Assembly (NCBI GenBank): GCA_040905385.1
Contig: JBBDRP010000002.1
Coordinates: 459,526-523,525 of the forward strand
Direction of reading: 5' to 3'
DNA length: 64,000 bases
From: Minisyncoccota bacterium
Lineage (GTDB): Bacteria; Patescibacteriota; Minisyncoccia; Phycocordibacterales; SW-6-46-9
In this document: positions 38,614 through 47,237 of the stretch, piece after piece
How the letters are laid out: each line of letters opens with the position of its first letter
Position numbering within the stretch: position 1 is the first letter of the stretch
Position numbers and translations under genes: made by a program
Notes under the pieces: model-generated
The model's database searches: none
The model's input: the letters and a program-made list of their open reading frames with translations, nothing else
What the model was told of the DNA's origin: nothing

Positions 38614-39651
38614 CTACTTTTTTTCAGTCAGCGAAATGATCGCCAGTTCAAGTGGCAGATGACCGAGCGTCTCGGCAGACAGCTTGTTGTGATGCGATAG
38701 CAGCGTATGCAGCGTTTTGGCATGTAGGTTAGAATCACCACCAGCATCAGCGGCTTTCTTGATCTTGCTATACAGCTGCTCGCCGACTGACTCCTTTATC
38801 CCCTCTCCGAGATCAGGAGCAAAGCGAAGCAGCAGCACCTGCCGTACCGTCTGGATAACTCGCGCAAACAGTCGCGCTGGATCGATATTTTTGTCGGCTG
38901 CCTTTTGTAGTGCCGTAAGCGCCGCGGCCGGCTCTCCATCTGCAATTCCATCAAAGACGATCTTCTCGATCAGCCCATTGGCCGGGATACCGGTGATCTC
39001 GGCGGCGAGCTCTCCGGAAATGTGCTTCTCTTCTGCGGCGCGCATACACTTCTCTAGCAAGCCAAACGCGTCACGAAAGGATCCATCAGCCGCCTGCGCA
39101 ATTGTCGTGGCTGCCGCCTCATCAATCGTGTACTTTTCAGCAGCGGCTGTGTCCTGCACAGCTTTGGCAAGTACGGTCATTGATGGCTGCTGGAACTCAT
39201 GCGTCTCACATCGGCTGATGATCGTCTCTGGAAGCCTGTCCAGCTCGGTGGTAGCCAGAATAAAGATCACAAACTCTGGCGGCTCCTCAAGCGTCTTCAG
39301 AAGCGCGTTAAAGGCCGGTGTTGTCAGCATGTGCACCTCGTCGATGATGTAGACCTTGTAATCGGACTCATACGGAAGACTACCGACCGCCTCCTTCAAC
39401 TCGCGAATGTCGTCAATCCCGCGGTGGCTGGCGGCGTCAATCTCGTAGATATCACGCTCGGTTGTACCGAGCTCCTTGGCGAGAATGCGAGCCACACTGG
39501 TCTTGCCAATGCCGCGTCGACCACTGAATAGATATGCGTGGGCCACCTGTCCATCCTTAGCACCGCCTGCCAGCACCTTGGTGATGTGCTCCTGACCGCG
39601 AACATCGGAAAATGATTCTGGACGGTAGCGTCTGTAGAGGGCTTGGGTCAT
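38614..39651 (-). CDS. dnaX: DNA polymerase III subunit gamma/tau (short form)
   Basis: YRPESFSDVRGQEHI...AYLFSGRRGIGKTSVARILAKEL AAA+ clamp-loader motif. 345 aa. Confidence 0.8.
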   Translation of the reverse strand: MTQALYRRYRPESFSDVRGQEHITKVLAGGAKDGQVAHAYLFSGRRGIGKTSVARILAKELGTTERDIYEIDAASHRGIDDIRELKEAVGSLPYESDYKVYIIDEVHMLTTPAFNALLKTLEEPPEFVIFILATTELDRLPETIISRCETHEFQQPSMTVLAKAVQDTAAAEKYTIDEAAATTIAQAADGSFRDAFGLLEKCMRAAEEKHISGELAAEITGIPANGLIEKIVFDGIADGEPAAALTALQKAADKNIDPARLFARVIQTVRQVLLLRFAPDLGEGIKESVGEQLYSKIKKAADAGGDSNLHAKTLHTLLSHHNKLSAETLGHLPLELAIISLTEKK

Positions 39652-39913
39652 AAGTTCATTCTACTACATACTTTAATTATCGAAAATTTTTGCCGACTTG
39701 GTCCAGGAATATTGTCATATCAATGACAATATTCGGACATAAATTCGCACAACCGTTCTTTTATCTCACCTTAGTGAGATAAAAGATATCGGGTGCTCAT
39801 TCAAGTCGTTCGATTAATTAATTGTTTGCGAGATAAGAGATTTAACTCTAGAAGCCGCGAGCACTCGAAAAACTCGATGCACTCGCTTTATCTGCCGGCT
39901 TAGTCAAGATAAA

Positions 39914-40480
39914 TTACTCGAATATGACGTCAATTAGCTCCAGGAATTCCTCTGTCCCCATATCACCGTACGTAAAGTGACCTCGATCCTTGAATCTTGT
40001 TACTGAAACATTCTTTATTTTTTTCTCTATTATCTTTAGGCTATCTAAGGAGTCAGCATCATCATCCTCAGAAATAAAAATGTGAATCCCGTCTGTTTTA
40101 CCTACAAGCTCGGGATCGATTTGAAAATCGAAAAAATCATTATCAACTTCACCATCTGGATCAAGCCAAGGTGCCACTAGAACCACCCTTCCAACCTTGG
40201 TATTATTTTCACTTAACCAGCGTATCAGAAAGCCACCTCCGCAGCTGTGACCGATAAGTATAGTGTCTTCATCGATATGAAACTGCTCGAAAGTTCGTTT
40301 CCAGTCCTCATAAACTGGTTCGTAAGGAGTTGGTAGCTCTATCGCCTGGGCTAGAACATTCTTCAGAATAAGTTGTCGCTGTACCCACGGAAGCCAGTGT
40401 GAGTTTGATTGCGCTTCGCGTTCTGGGTCAAAGTAACCTTCCTTTGACGGCATACCGTGTAAAATAATGGCAGTTTTCAT
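39914..40480 (-). CDS. alpha/beta serine hydrolase (YdeN/RBBP9-like)
   Basis: ILHGMPSK...HWLPW, GHSCGGG nucleophile motif. Start taken at MKTAIILHG to avoid overlap. Confidence 0.65.
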   Translation of the reverse strand: MKTAIILHGMPSKEGYFDPEREAQSNSHWLPWVQRQLILKNVLAQAIELPTPYEPVYEDWKRTFEQFHIDEDTILIGHSCGGGFLIRWLSENNTKVGRVVLVAPWLDPDGEVDNDFFDFQIDPELVGKTDGIHIFISEDDDADSLDSLKIIEKKIKNVSVTRFKDRGHFTYGDMGTEEFLELIDVIFE

Positions 40481-40499
40481 ACCTAGATTATAGCAAACT

Positions 40500-41522
40500 T
40501 TAATTACTGCTGAGGTAGCGCTCGACAATATCTGCCACCTCTTCACTATCGTCTGCCTCCATCAACTCATCGCGGAGCTCGTTTGATGCCGGCAATCCTG
40601 AGGTATACGCCTTGAAGTGCTTACGCATTATGGCGAAGTGCTGATTTGGCAGCAGTTCGTCGAACGTGCGCGCGTGCTCAACCATCACACCAAGCCGATC
40701 TTCGGCACTCAAATCATCATAGTTAATATTCGGGTTGAAAAACCACGGATTCCCAAAGGCGCCGCGGCCGACCATAATGCCCTCTACACCCGTTTCCTGG
40801 GCTCTATTTTCGCCTTGCTCAAGCGAGGTTATATCACCATTACCGACAATCAGCGTTTCGCTTTCCAGCTGGTCGCGGATCTCAACCACGCGCGCAATCT
40901 CGTCCCAGTCATTGGGTACCTTCGACATCTGCTTGCGTGTGCGTCCGTGCATGATCAATACTGCCGGTTTCGCAGATAAAAGCTGCGGGACCCAGTCCTC
41001 TATCTGAGACTCGTTGAAGCCCGTGCGGGTCTTGACCGAGACCGGTACCTCTCCCGCCCCTTCCTTGGCGGCCCTAATTAAATCCTGGGCCAACTCAGGG
41101 TTGCGTATCAGATCACAGCCGCAGCCGTTGCTGACCACAGTACTCGACGGACAACCCATGTTGATATCAATCCCATCAAAGCCCAGCTCCACACACAGCT
41201 TGGCCGCCTGCATCATCCGATCGGGATGTGCAGAGAAAAGCTGCACGACGATTGGTCGCTCATTCTCTTCATAAAAAAGCTGGTGCTTCAGCCGCTCCCA
41301 GCCACCCTTCAGCAGACCATCGGCCGAGGTGAACTCGGTCCACAGCACATCTGGCCCACGGAGGTTTCCGTCGGCACTTGCCCGATCATCGCTAGATGAT
41401 TTAGGGTCTTTATAACGCCCGTGGCGGGCAAACATCTGCCGGAAAGCGATGTCAGTAACATCCTCCATCGGCGCCAGCGCCCAAAAAGGCCGCGGTAAAT
41501 TTTCCCAGAATCCTAAGTTCAC
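40500..41522 (-). CDS. dus: tRNA-dihydrouridine synthase
   Basis: WALAPMEDVTDIAFRQM, INMGCPS catalytic Cys. Confidence 0.8.
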   Translation of the reverse strand: MNLGFWENLPRPFWALAPMEDVTDIAFRQMFARHGRYKDPKSSSDDRASADGNLRGPDVLWTEFTSADGLLKGGWERLKHQLFYEENERPIVVQLFSAHPDRMMQAAKLCVELGFDGIDINMGCPSSTVVSNGCGCDLIRNPELAQDLIRAAKEGAGEVPVSVKTRTGFNESQIEDWVPQLLSAKPAVLIMHGRTRKQMSKVPNDWDEIARVVEIRDQLESETLIVGNGDITSLEQGENRAQETGVEGIMVGRGAFGNPWFFNPNINYDDLSAEDRLGVMVEHARTFDELLPNQHFAIMRKHFKAYTSGLPASNELRDELMEADDSEEVADIVERYLSSN

Positions 41523-41617
41523 AGTGCTAATACTGTATCATTTTTTACCAATTAGAGTAATAAAAAAGCACCGAATTTTTCGATGCTCTTTTGGATGATC
41601 AATTTAACTGTTATTTC

Positions 41618-42010
41618 TCAATTATGTAGAATTTTAAAATCAACCCTAGGAGGATTATTAAATTCCTCTCGAGGTATGATTTTTTGGAAAAGAGAATCTT
41701 CTGTTTCCCACCTAAAAGATAAATCATCTCCATCCGGATCATATGCACTAAATTCAATTTCTCTAGTTATTGTCGTACTGGCACCTGCACTATCCACGAC
41801 AGTGAGAAAAGTCCTTATTTTGGTTGAATCCAGATTATCTGCAAAATTGAATGATTCAACAGATTTATCTTGAACCATTGGTTCTGTATCTGAATCAGCA
41901 ATAAAATAATTTATGGCGACTAATGCCCCCAAAATAACTGTGAGTAGTAGCACAGATAGTTTAAGCTTTCTGTTTCGATTATTTCTGGAATTCAGGTTTA
42001 CTTCAATCAT
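41618..42010 (-). CDS. secreted hypothetical protein
   Basis: N-terminal TM. YDPDGDDLSFRWE motif. Confidence 0.5.
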   Translation of the reverse strand: MIEVNLNSRNNRNRKLKLSVLLLTVILGALVAINYFIADSDTEPMVQDKSVESFNFADNLDSTKIRTFLTVVDSAGASTTITREIEFSAYDPDGDDLSFRWETEDSLFQKIIPREEFNNPPRVDFKILHN

Positions 42011-42167
42011 TACGATATGTATTTAGTTGTGAATATTCTATTTTCCGCTTCTGAGTATAATTGTACATATCATACTAACTTTGTCAAATAAATGGCAGGA
42101 CATGCGTCCGAGAATACTCCTAATATTTGCAGATACTGCTAATATTAGCCATTTATTTGTTTATCTG

Positions 42168-42305
42168 CACTTCGTTCGGACATAAATACAAGTGTTTATA
42201 TCACTCACTTCGCTTGATGAGCAGATTTAGCAATCTGCCTCCCGGCGCTCCGTTCGGACATGCAAGTAAACTTGCGTATCACTCACTTCGCTTGGTAGTC
42301 AAGTA
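42168..42305 (+). repeat. two tandem roughly 58-nt direct repeats in a long non-coding region
   Basis: cacttcgttcggacat...atcactcacttcgcttgatga versus cgctccgttcggacat...atcactcacttcgcttggtag. Flanked by related hairpins gcagatactgctaatattagc (42130), gcagatttagcaatctgc (42221) and gcagatactgtcaatattgct (42341). Confidence 0.45.
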
Positions 42306-42367
42306 TAAACCTAGAAGATATGTCAAGAGGCTTGTAACGGGCAGATACTGTCAATATTGCTAAAAAT

Positions 42368-42399
42368 GCTAAATAACTCAACCGGATGAGTTATTTAGC
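42368..42399. promoter_or_regulatory. 32-nt palindromic element, copy 2
   Basis: gctaaataactcaaccggatgagttatttagc; 30 of 32 nt identical to 20881-20912. Confidence 0.4.
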
Positions 42400-42675
42400 T
42401 TGAATCAATATCTGATCTTCTTCTTCCTACCTCAAAGGCGGCAATCTATGATTGCCGCCGCTATCTCCACTTACCCGATATAAGGGGGCTTTAGCGTGCC
42501 TCGTTCCCGATTTGTAACTTTGTAAAAGTTGCAAATCGCTGATAGTGAAGAGCTAATTCTCTTCTGTCTACCTCTCGGAAGATAATTTGCATGGTTTCGA
42601 GCTTTGCGAGAAAAATTATCTGAGAGTGAATGCGATTTCCCGCTGGGAAATCGACATGTGTAAGCAGAAGAGAAA

Positions 42676-43542
42676 TTAGCGATAGAACACCTTGTTTTCA
42701 AACCGCAGATCAATATACTCCAGTGAAAATGGTGATATCGGTTGATCCATCCCATTTTCACTCGGCTCTGCAGCTACGAATGACCGACTGTTGATGGCCG
42801 ACCGTAGGTTCGAAGCAATCTGTGGCAGCTCCTGATACATATTAATTCTAATATCAACCTCACCTCCCTGTTCGGTATCCGTATTTGATGCCGAAACCAC
42901 CCGCAGCGTGACATCACCGGCAGGCTGGAGATCAACCCGATTTGTCTCTATTTCCATCTCATCAATCGCTCCGATAAATGAGCGAAGAGCGACAAAGCGA
43001 TGTACCGGCAGTAGCTGCGTGCCGGATCGTGGTGGCTCCATCGTGGTATAGGTCAACAGATCCGTCCCGTCACCATTTGCCTGAGCAAAGATGAAGCCGT
43101 TCTCATCGACTAGATAACAGTCTGAGCTTGTACCGGCCGCATTCTGACAGGCCTGCGCCACCGGCTGACGATTCCCTATCGTTATGTCTACACTTTGGAG
43201 TCCAGAGAGACTAACATCAACCTCCTTGATCCGTGTTGAAACTGCTCTAATCTGACGAGTAATATCGGCGCGTGGCAACAGAAGGATGTTATCTCTACGC
43301 ACCGCTCCCAGAAGCCAGGACTGATCGATGGTTGTCGCTGCCAGCTCCAGAATAAGCTCCGCTTCTAGATTCGAGTCAGTCTCAACCTCGACATCAGTAA
43401 TCTGGACGGCGTTGAGATGTGTCACACCACCCAAAATAGCCAAGATAAATACAGCGAAAACTGCGTACAGCTTCAGCTGACGAATCCGCGCCTCGCGACG
43501 CTTCCGGGCATGCTTTTTAGAGCGAATTTTTCTGGCAGCCAT
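42676..43542 (-). CDS. ftsQ: cell division protein FtsQ/DivIB-like
   Basis: Basic N-terminus, single TM, POTRA-like region. Gene context not diagnostic. Confidence 0.5.
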   Translation of the reverse strand: MAARKIRSKKHARKRREARIRQLKLYAVFAVFILAILGGVTHLNAVQITDVEVETDSNLEAELILELAATTIDQSWLLGAVRRDNILLLPRADITRQIRAVSTRIKEVDVSLSGLQSVDITIGNRQPVAQACQNAAGTSSDCYLVDENGFIFAQANGDGTDLLTYTTMEPPRSGTQLLPVHRFVALRSFIGAIDEMEIETNRVDLQPAGDVTLRVVSASNTDTEQGGEVDIRINMYQELPQIASNLRSAINSRSFVAAEPSENGMDQPISPFSLEYIDLRFENKVFYR

Positions 43543-43545
43543 GTG

Positions 43546-44808
43546 TTAGTAGATTACCTTCTTGTTCATGAATGGATGCAGGACCTCTGGGATCGTGATG
43601 CTGCCGTCGGCCTGTTGGTTATTCTCCAAAAGCGCCACCAGAACTCGTGGTGTGGCAATGGCCGTTCCGTTCAGAGAATGCACGTAGCGCTTCTCTCCTT
43701 CCTCGTCCTGATACTTAATATTAAAGCGTCGGGTCTGAAAATCATGATAGTAGGACATGCTAGCAATCTCTCGATACCGTTCCTCGGACGGGACCCACAG
43801 CTCGAGATCGTAGCTTTTTACCTGGCTTTTTTTCAGGTCGCCACCACAAATAATCACCTGTCGGTACGGCAAGCCGAGTGATTGCAAGAACTTTTCAGTC
43901 AGCTCGGTGATTTCTTCATGTAGTCGCACCGACTCCTGATGGGTCCCCTCGCACAGCATTAGCTGCTCGAGCTTGTAGAACTCATGAACACGCATCAGCC
44001 CCTTGGTGTCCTTGCCGTGGCTACCGGCCTCGCGCCGATAACACGGAGAGAAAGCCAGGTAACGCTTGGGTAGCTCGGACTTATCCAGTACCTCATCAGC
44101 ATGGTATGCCATCATCGGAATCTCAGCCGTACCGGACAGATAGTCCTCATCCTGGGTCTCATAGAGATCCTCGGCCTCGCTGGGAAGATGACCGGACCCA
44201 TACAGAAACTGCTTGCGTACAATCGCTGGGGCGATAAAGTTCTCAAAGTTTTTCTCACCGAAAAACCGCCGGGCGTAGTTCCAGATTGCCCAGGACAGCT
44301 CGGCACCATCGCCTTTCAGGAAGTAGCCGCGAAAGCCGTGCACCTTGGTGCCACGCTCGAAGTCGGCCATGCCCCGTTCCTTCATTAGCTCGACGTGATC
44401 CTTGGGTTGGAAATCAAAGCTTGGCTTCTCTCCCCAGGTTTTCAGCTCCTGGTTATCCTCCTCGCTCTCTCCTTCCGGAACCGACATATCAGGAATATTT
44501 GGCACCTGAAGCATCAGCGCCTGCCATTCTTTTTGTACCTCCTTGAGCTTCTCTTCTTTTTCCTGTAGTTTCTCCTTCAGTTTTTGGGACGTCGTGATAA
44601 GATCCTGGCGCTTTTCGTCAGTATCAGCTACACCGATCTGGCTAGAAAGCTCGTTTTTCTCGGCGCGTTGTTTGTCGACGGCCGTCTTCAGCTCGCGACG
44701 CTTTTCGTCTGTCTCTAGTAAATTATCAATATCAAATTCCGTGCGCTTAATCTCGATCGCCCGCTCTACTAATTCTTTGTTGTCGCGTATGAAGTTTATA
44801 TCTAACAT
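43546..44808 (-). CDS. serS: seryl-tRNA synthetase
   Basis: N-terminal coiled-coil MLDINFIRDN.... Class II core. C-terminal RVLVALLENNQ. Confidence 0.9.
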   Translation of the reverse strand: MLDINFIRDNKELVERAIEIKRTEFDIDNLLETDEKRRELKTAVDKQRAEKNELSSQIGVADTDEKRQDLITTSQKLKEKLQEKEEKLKEVQKEWQALMLQVPNIPDMSVPEGESEEDNQELKTWGEKPSFDFQPKDHVELMKERGMADFERGTKVHGFRGYFLKGDGAELSWAIWNYARRFFGEKNFENFIAPAIVRKQFLYGSGHLPSEAEDLYETQDEDYLSGTAEIPMMAYHADEVLDKSELPKRYLAFSPCYRREAGSHGKDTKGLMRVHEFYKLEQLMLCEGTHQESVRLHEEITELTEKFLQSLGLPYRQVIICGGDLKKSQVKSYDLELWVPSEERYREIASMSYYHDFQTRRFNIKYQDEEGEKRYVHSLNGTAIATPRVLVALLENNQQADGSITIPEVLHPFMNKKVIY

Positions 44809-44849
44809 ATGTGCTTTCTATTTTACCAGACATGCTAGCATGAATACAC

Positions 44850-45695
44850 ATGAAGACCTTGTACTCACAAGATTTTCCGGAGAAACTGGCAGAAATTTCG
44901 GATCCACCAAAGAAGTTATACCTGGCCGGCCGAATTCCACACCGTCGGCGCTACCTGGCAGTGGTTGGATCTCGTAAGTACACAAAGTATGGCAAAGGCA
45001 TCTGCCAGAAGCTTATGCAGGAGCTGGCTGGTTCTGATATCTGCATCGTCTCGGGACTGGCTCTGGGAATTGACGCCATCGCGCACAAAGCCGCGCTCGA
45101 GGCCGGGCTGGATTGCTTGGCGATTCCTGGCTCGGGGCTGGACAAGCGCGTGCTGTATCCGAAGACCAATCGACCACTGGCCGAGAAGATTCTGAAGGCT
45201 GGTGGCGGCTTGCTATCTGAGTTCGAGCCGGACTTCAAAGCACGGGCCTGGAGCTTTCCGCAGCGCAATCGCATCATGGCCGGATTAAGTGATGCGGTGC
45301 TGGTCATCGAAGCCACGGAAAAATCCGGCACCTTAATTACTGCTCGACTCGCCAGCGAGTACAGCCGCGATGTCTTTACCGTCCCCGGATCCCTAAAATC
45401 AGCCTCTACCACCGGGCCGCATATGCTAATTCGCCAGGGTGCTGCCTTGATCCGCAACGGTAGTGATATCCGCAAGGAGCTCGGTCTGGAGCCACTTGGT
45501 GAGAATACAGATAAAAGCACTGATCATCTCACAAACGCCGAAAGAGAGATTATGGAGATCCTGTCAGAGCCCCGTAGCAAGGATGACGTTATCACCATGG
45601 CAGATCTACCTGCCAACAAAATCAACATCATTCTTTCCCAGATGGAGCTGAAGGGGCTGATTGTCGAGTCTAATGGCCGAATCGAGAAAAAATAA
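44850..45695 (+). CDS. dprA: DNA processing protein DprA (Smf)
   Basis: GLALGIDAIAHKAAL...VLVIEATEKSGTLITARLASEYSRDVFTVPG. Confidence 0.8.
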   Translation: MKTLYSQDFPEKLAEISDPPKKLYLAGRIPHRRRYLAVVGSRKYTKYGKGICQKLMQELAGSDICIVSGLALGIDAIAHKAALEAGLDCLAIPGSGLDKRVLYPKTNRPLAEKILKAGGGLLSEFEPDFKARAWSFPQRNRIMAGLSDAVLVIEATEKSGTLITARLASEYSRDVFTVPGSLKSASTTGPHMLIRQGAALIRNGSDIRKELGLEPLGENTDKSTDHLTNAEREIMEILSEPRSKDDVITMADLPANKINIILSQMELKGLIVESNGRIEKK

Positions 45696-45908
45696 CAAGC
45701 GTTCGCCACTTTTATTTGAATCCTGTGCAACACTTAGTGTTGCACAGATAGCGAGGAGGTACTCCTGGGGTGCGATAAATAGCTGAGATGAGATGGGTTC
45801 GCTTAGATAGCAACCACAGTCTACGGCTGTGGTTTTAATAATGTGTAATGCTTATAAATAAAAAAAGCCCGCCATGATGTGGCGAGCTTTACGATTATAT
45901 TTTTTAAT

Positions 45909-46364
45909 TCAAGACTCAAGAATTTTGAGCCCTTCTTTTATGATTTTCTCAATGTCTTTTTCGGTGACTATTATACCTCGTCCAAGGTACGATAATTCAT
46001 CAGACATTATTTTTTTAGATATTTCTCCCCAATGAACATCGCACATTATTTCAATAGCTTTTTCATGAAGGTTATGAATTTTCTCCCGATTCTTCTTATG
46101 ATAGAAAGAATACAGAGGTTCTGTAAACTTTAGATCTGTTAAACGGCCGGTAAAACCAATTTCGCTAAATGCCACATTAACTGACTTAGCGGTCACCACG
46201 CCAACAAGATTGTCTATTTTTTTGCACGTGTATCCATCCAGGAAAAAATGATAAACCTTGAAAATTTTCTGAGACTGGAGGTTGTAAATTTGTCTTGTTG
46301 TAAGTATCGGCAAATCTTCAATATCCCACTGTAGAAACGTTGAGGTTTGTGTTCTTGTTTTCAT
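45909..46364 (-). CDS. hypothetical protein
   Basis: 151-aa ORF. Confidence 0.5.
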   Translation of the reverse strand: MKTRTQTSTFLQWDIEDLPILTTRQIYNLQSQKIFKVYHFFLDGYTCKKIDNLVGVVTAKSVNVAFSEIGFTGRLTDLKFTEPLYSFYHKKNREKIHNLHEKAIEIMCDVHWGEISKKIMSDELSYLGRGIIVTEKDIEKIIKEGLKILES

Positions 46365-46441
46365 CTGTTTTATTCTTTTTTTAAAAGTTCAGTTCATACC
46401 GTGCAGTATTATAGTAAATATATTCCTCTTGTCAATTTAAA

Positions 46442-46462
46442 AGCCCGCTATCTAGCGGGCTT
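46442..46462 (-). terminator. terminator hairpin for the 46479 gene
   Basis: agcccgcta-tc-tagcgggct. A T-run follows on the minus strand. Confidence 0.55.
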
Positions 46463-46478
46463 GATATTTAATTTTTAG

Positions 46479-47195
46479 TTAATCTCGAAGTAACTTATTT
46501 TTGGCAATATCTATAATTGGCCATATTAGCCCTACACCAGGAAGACCAGCAGCTTCGGCCGCGACACACGGGTCAACATTTCCCCACTCGCGCTGCTCAA
46601 GTAGCAAGACTTCATTTATATCTAAGCGAGCAGAATGCTGAAGATCATAGAGACGGTAGATCATGGTTGAATCTGCTTCCGAGACTTGGAGTCCGGGTAG
46701 ATCAAGGCGCTTCAAGCTTGAATCTAGTGCAACCACATCATGCTCAGTAGCACCCGCCGCCAAACAAACGCTAGTTGTTAGTTTCAAACGATAAACATCG
46801 CGAACCCGTTCTACGCTTCCTCGACTTTCCAAAATCTGCCGCACCATAGGTGGAATATCCAGTACTTCGATGGGTGCATTAAGTGGATTTTCGAGCAATC
46901 CTTTTGTGCTCACACCAAGTTGCTCACAGGCAGTTTGTATCGTAGCTAGCTTATTCCTAATACTATCTTGTCTGATTTTCGTCTCTCGCAACTGCAATCG
47001 AGACTTTTTGGTTCTCATTCCAGTTATGAAAATAAGAACTTGGTCCTTTTCTGAAAGCAGCGGTAGTAGGTTTCTAACATCGTCCGGGGTAATCTTATGG
47101 GTTCCTGTACTCATCTGTTCTCCTTTTTTGTGAAAGATTATAGCTACTATTAGTATGCAATTTCTAATGTTTTCTAGCAAGCCCCTAAATTGCAA
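46479..47195 (-). CDS. hypothetical protein
   Basis: 238-aa ORF. A later start at MSTGTHK (47114) is possible. Confidence 0.5.
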   Translation of the reverse strand: MQFRGLLENIRNCILIVAIIFHKKGEQMSTGTHKITPDDVRNLLPLLSEKDQVLIFITGMRTKKSRLQLRETKIRQDSIRNKLATIQTACEQLGVSTKGLLENPLNAPIEVLDIPPMVRQILESRGSVERVRDVYRLKLTTSVCLAAGATEHDVVALDSSLKRLDLPGLQVSEADSTMIYRLYDLQHSARLDINEVLLLEQREWGNVDPCVAAEAAGLPGVGLIWPIIDIAKNKLLRD

Positions 47196-47237
47196 ATTCT
47201 TGCGTAATAAAGATTTGTACGCTATTCTCGCAATTGT

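Noticed and set aside
39652-39913. SRP RNA (ffs) upstream of dnaX
   Set aside because: I looked for the conserved domain-IV GGAAGCAG-type motif on both strands and did not find it. Kept only as an unexplained structured region.
42127-42363. 78-aa ORF (MQILLILAIYLF...) in the long intergenic region
   Set aside because: Its internal LYHSLRL / LAYHSLRL repeat simply mirrors the underlying tandem DNA repeats. There is no Shine-Dalgarno and the composition is odd. Treated as non-coding.
42120-42400. CRISPR-like mini-array
   Set aside because: There are only two or three imperfect repeats of unequal length with no regular spacer periodicity, and no cas genes in the window.
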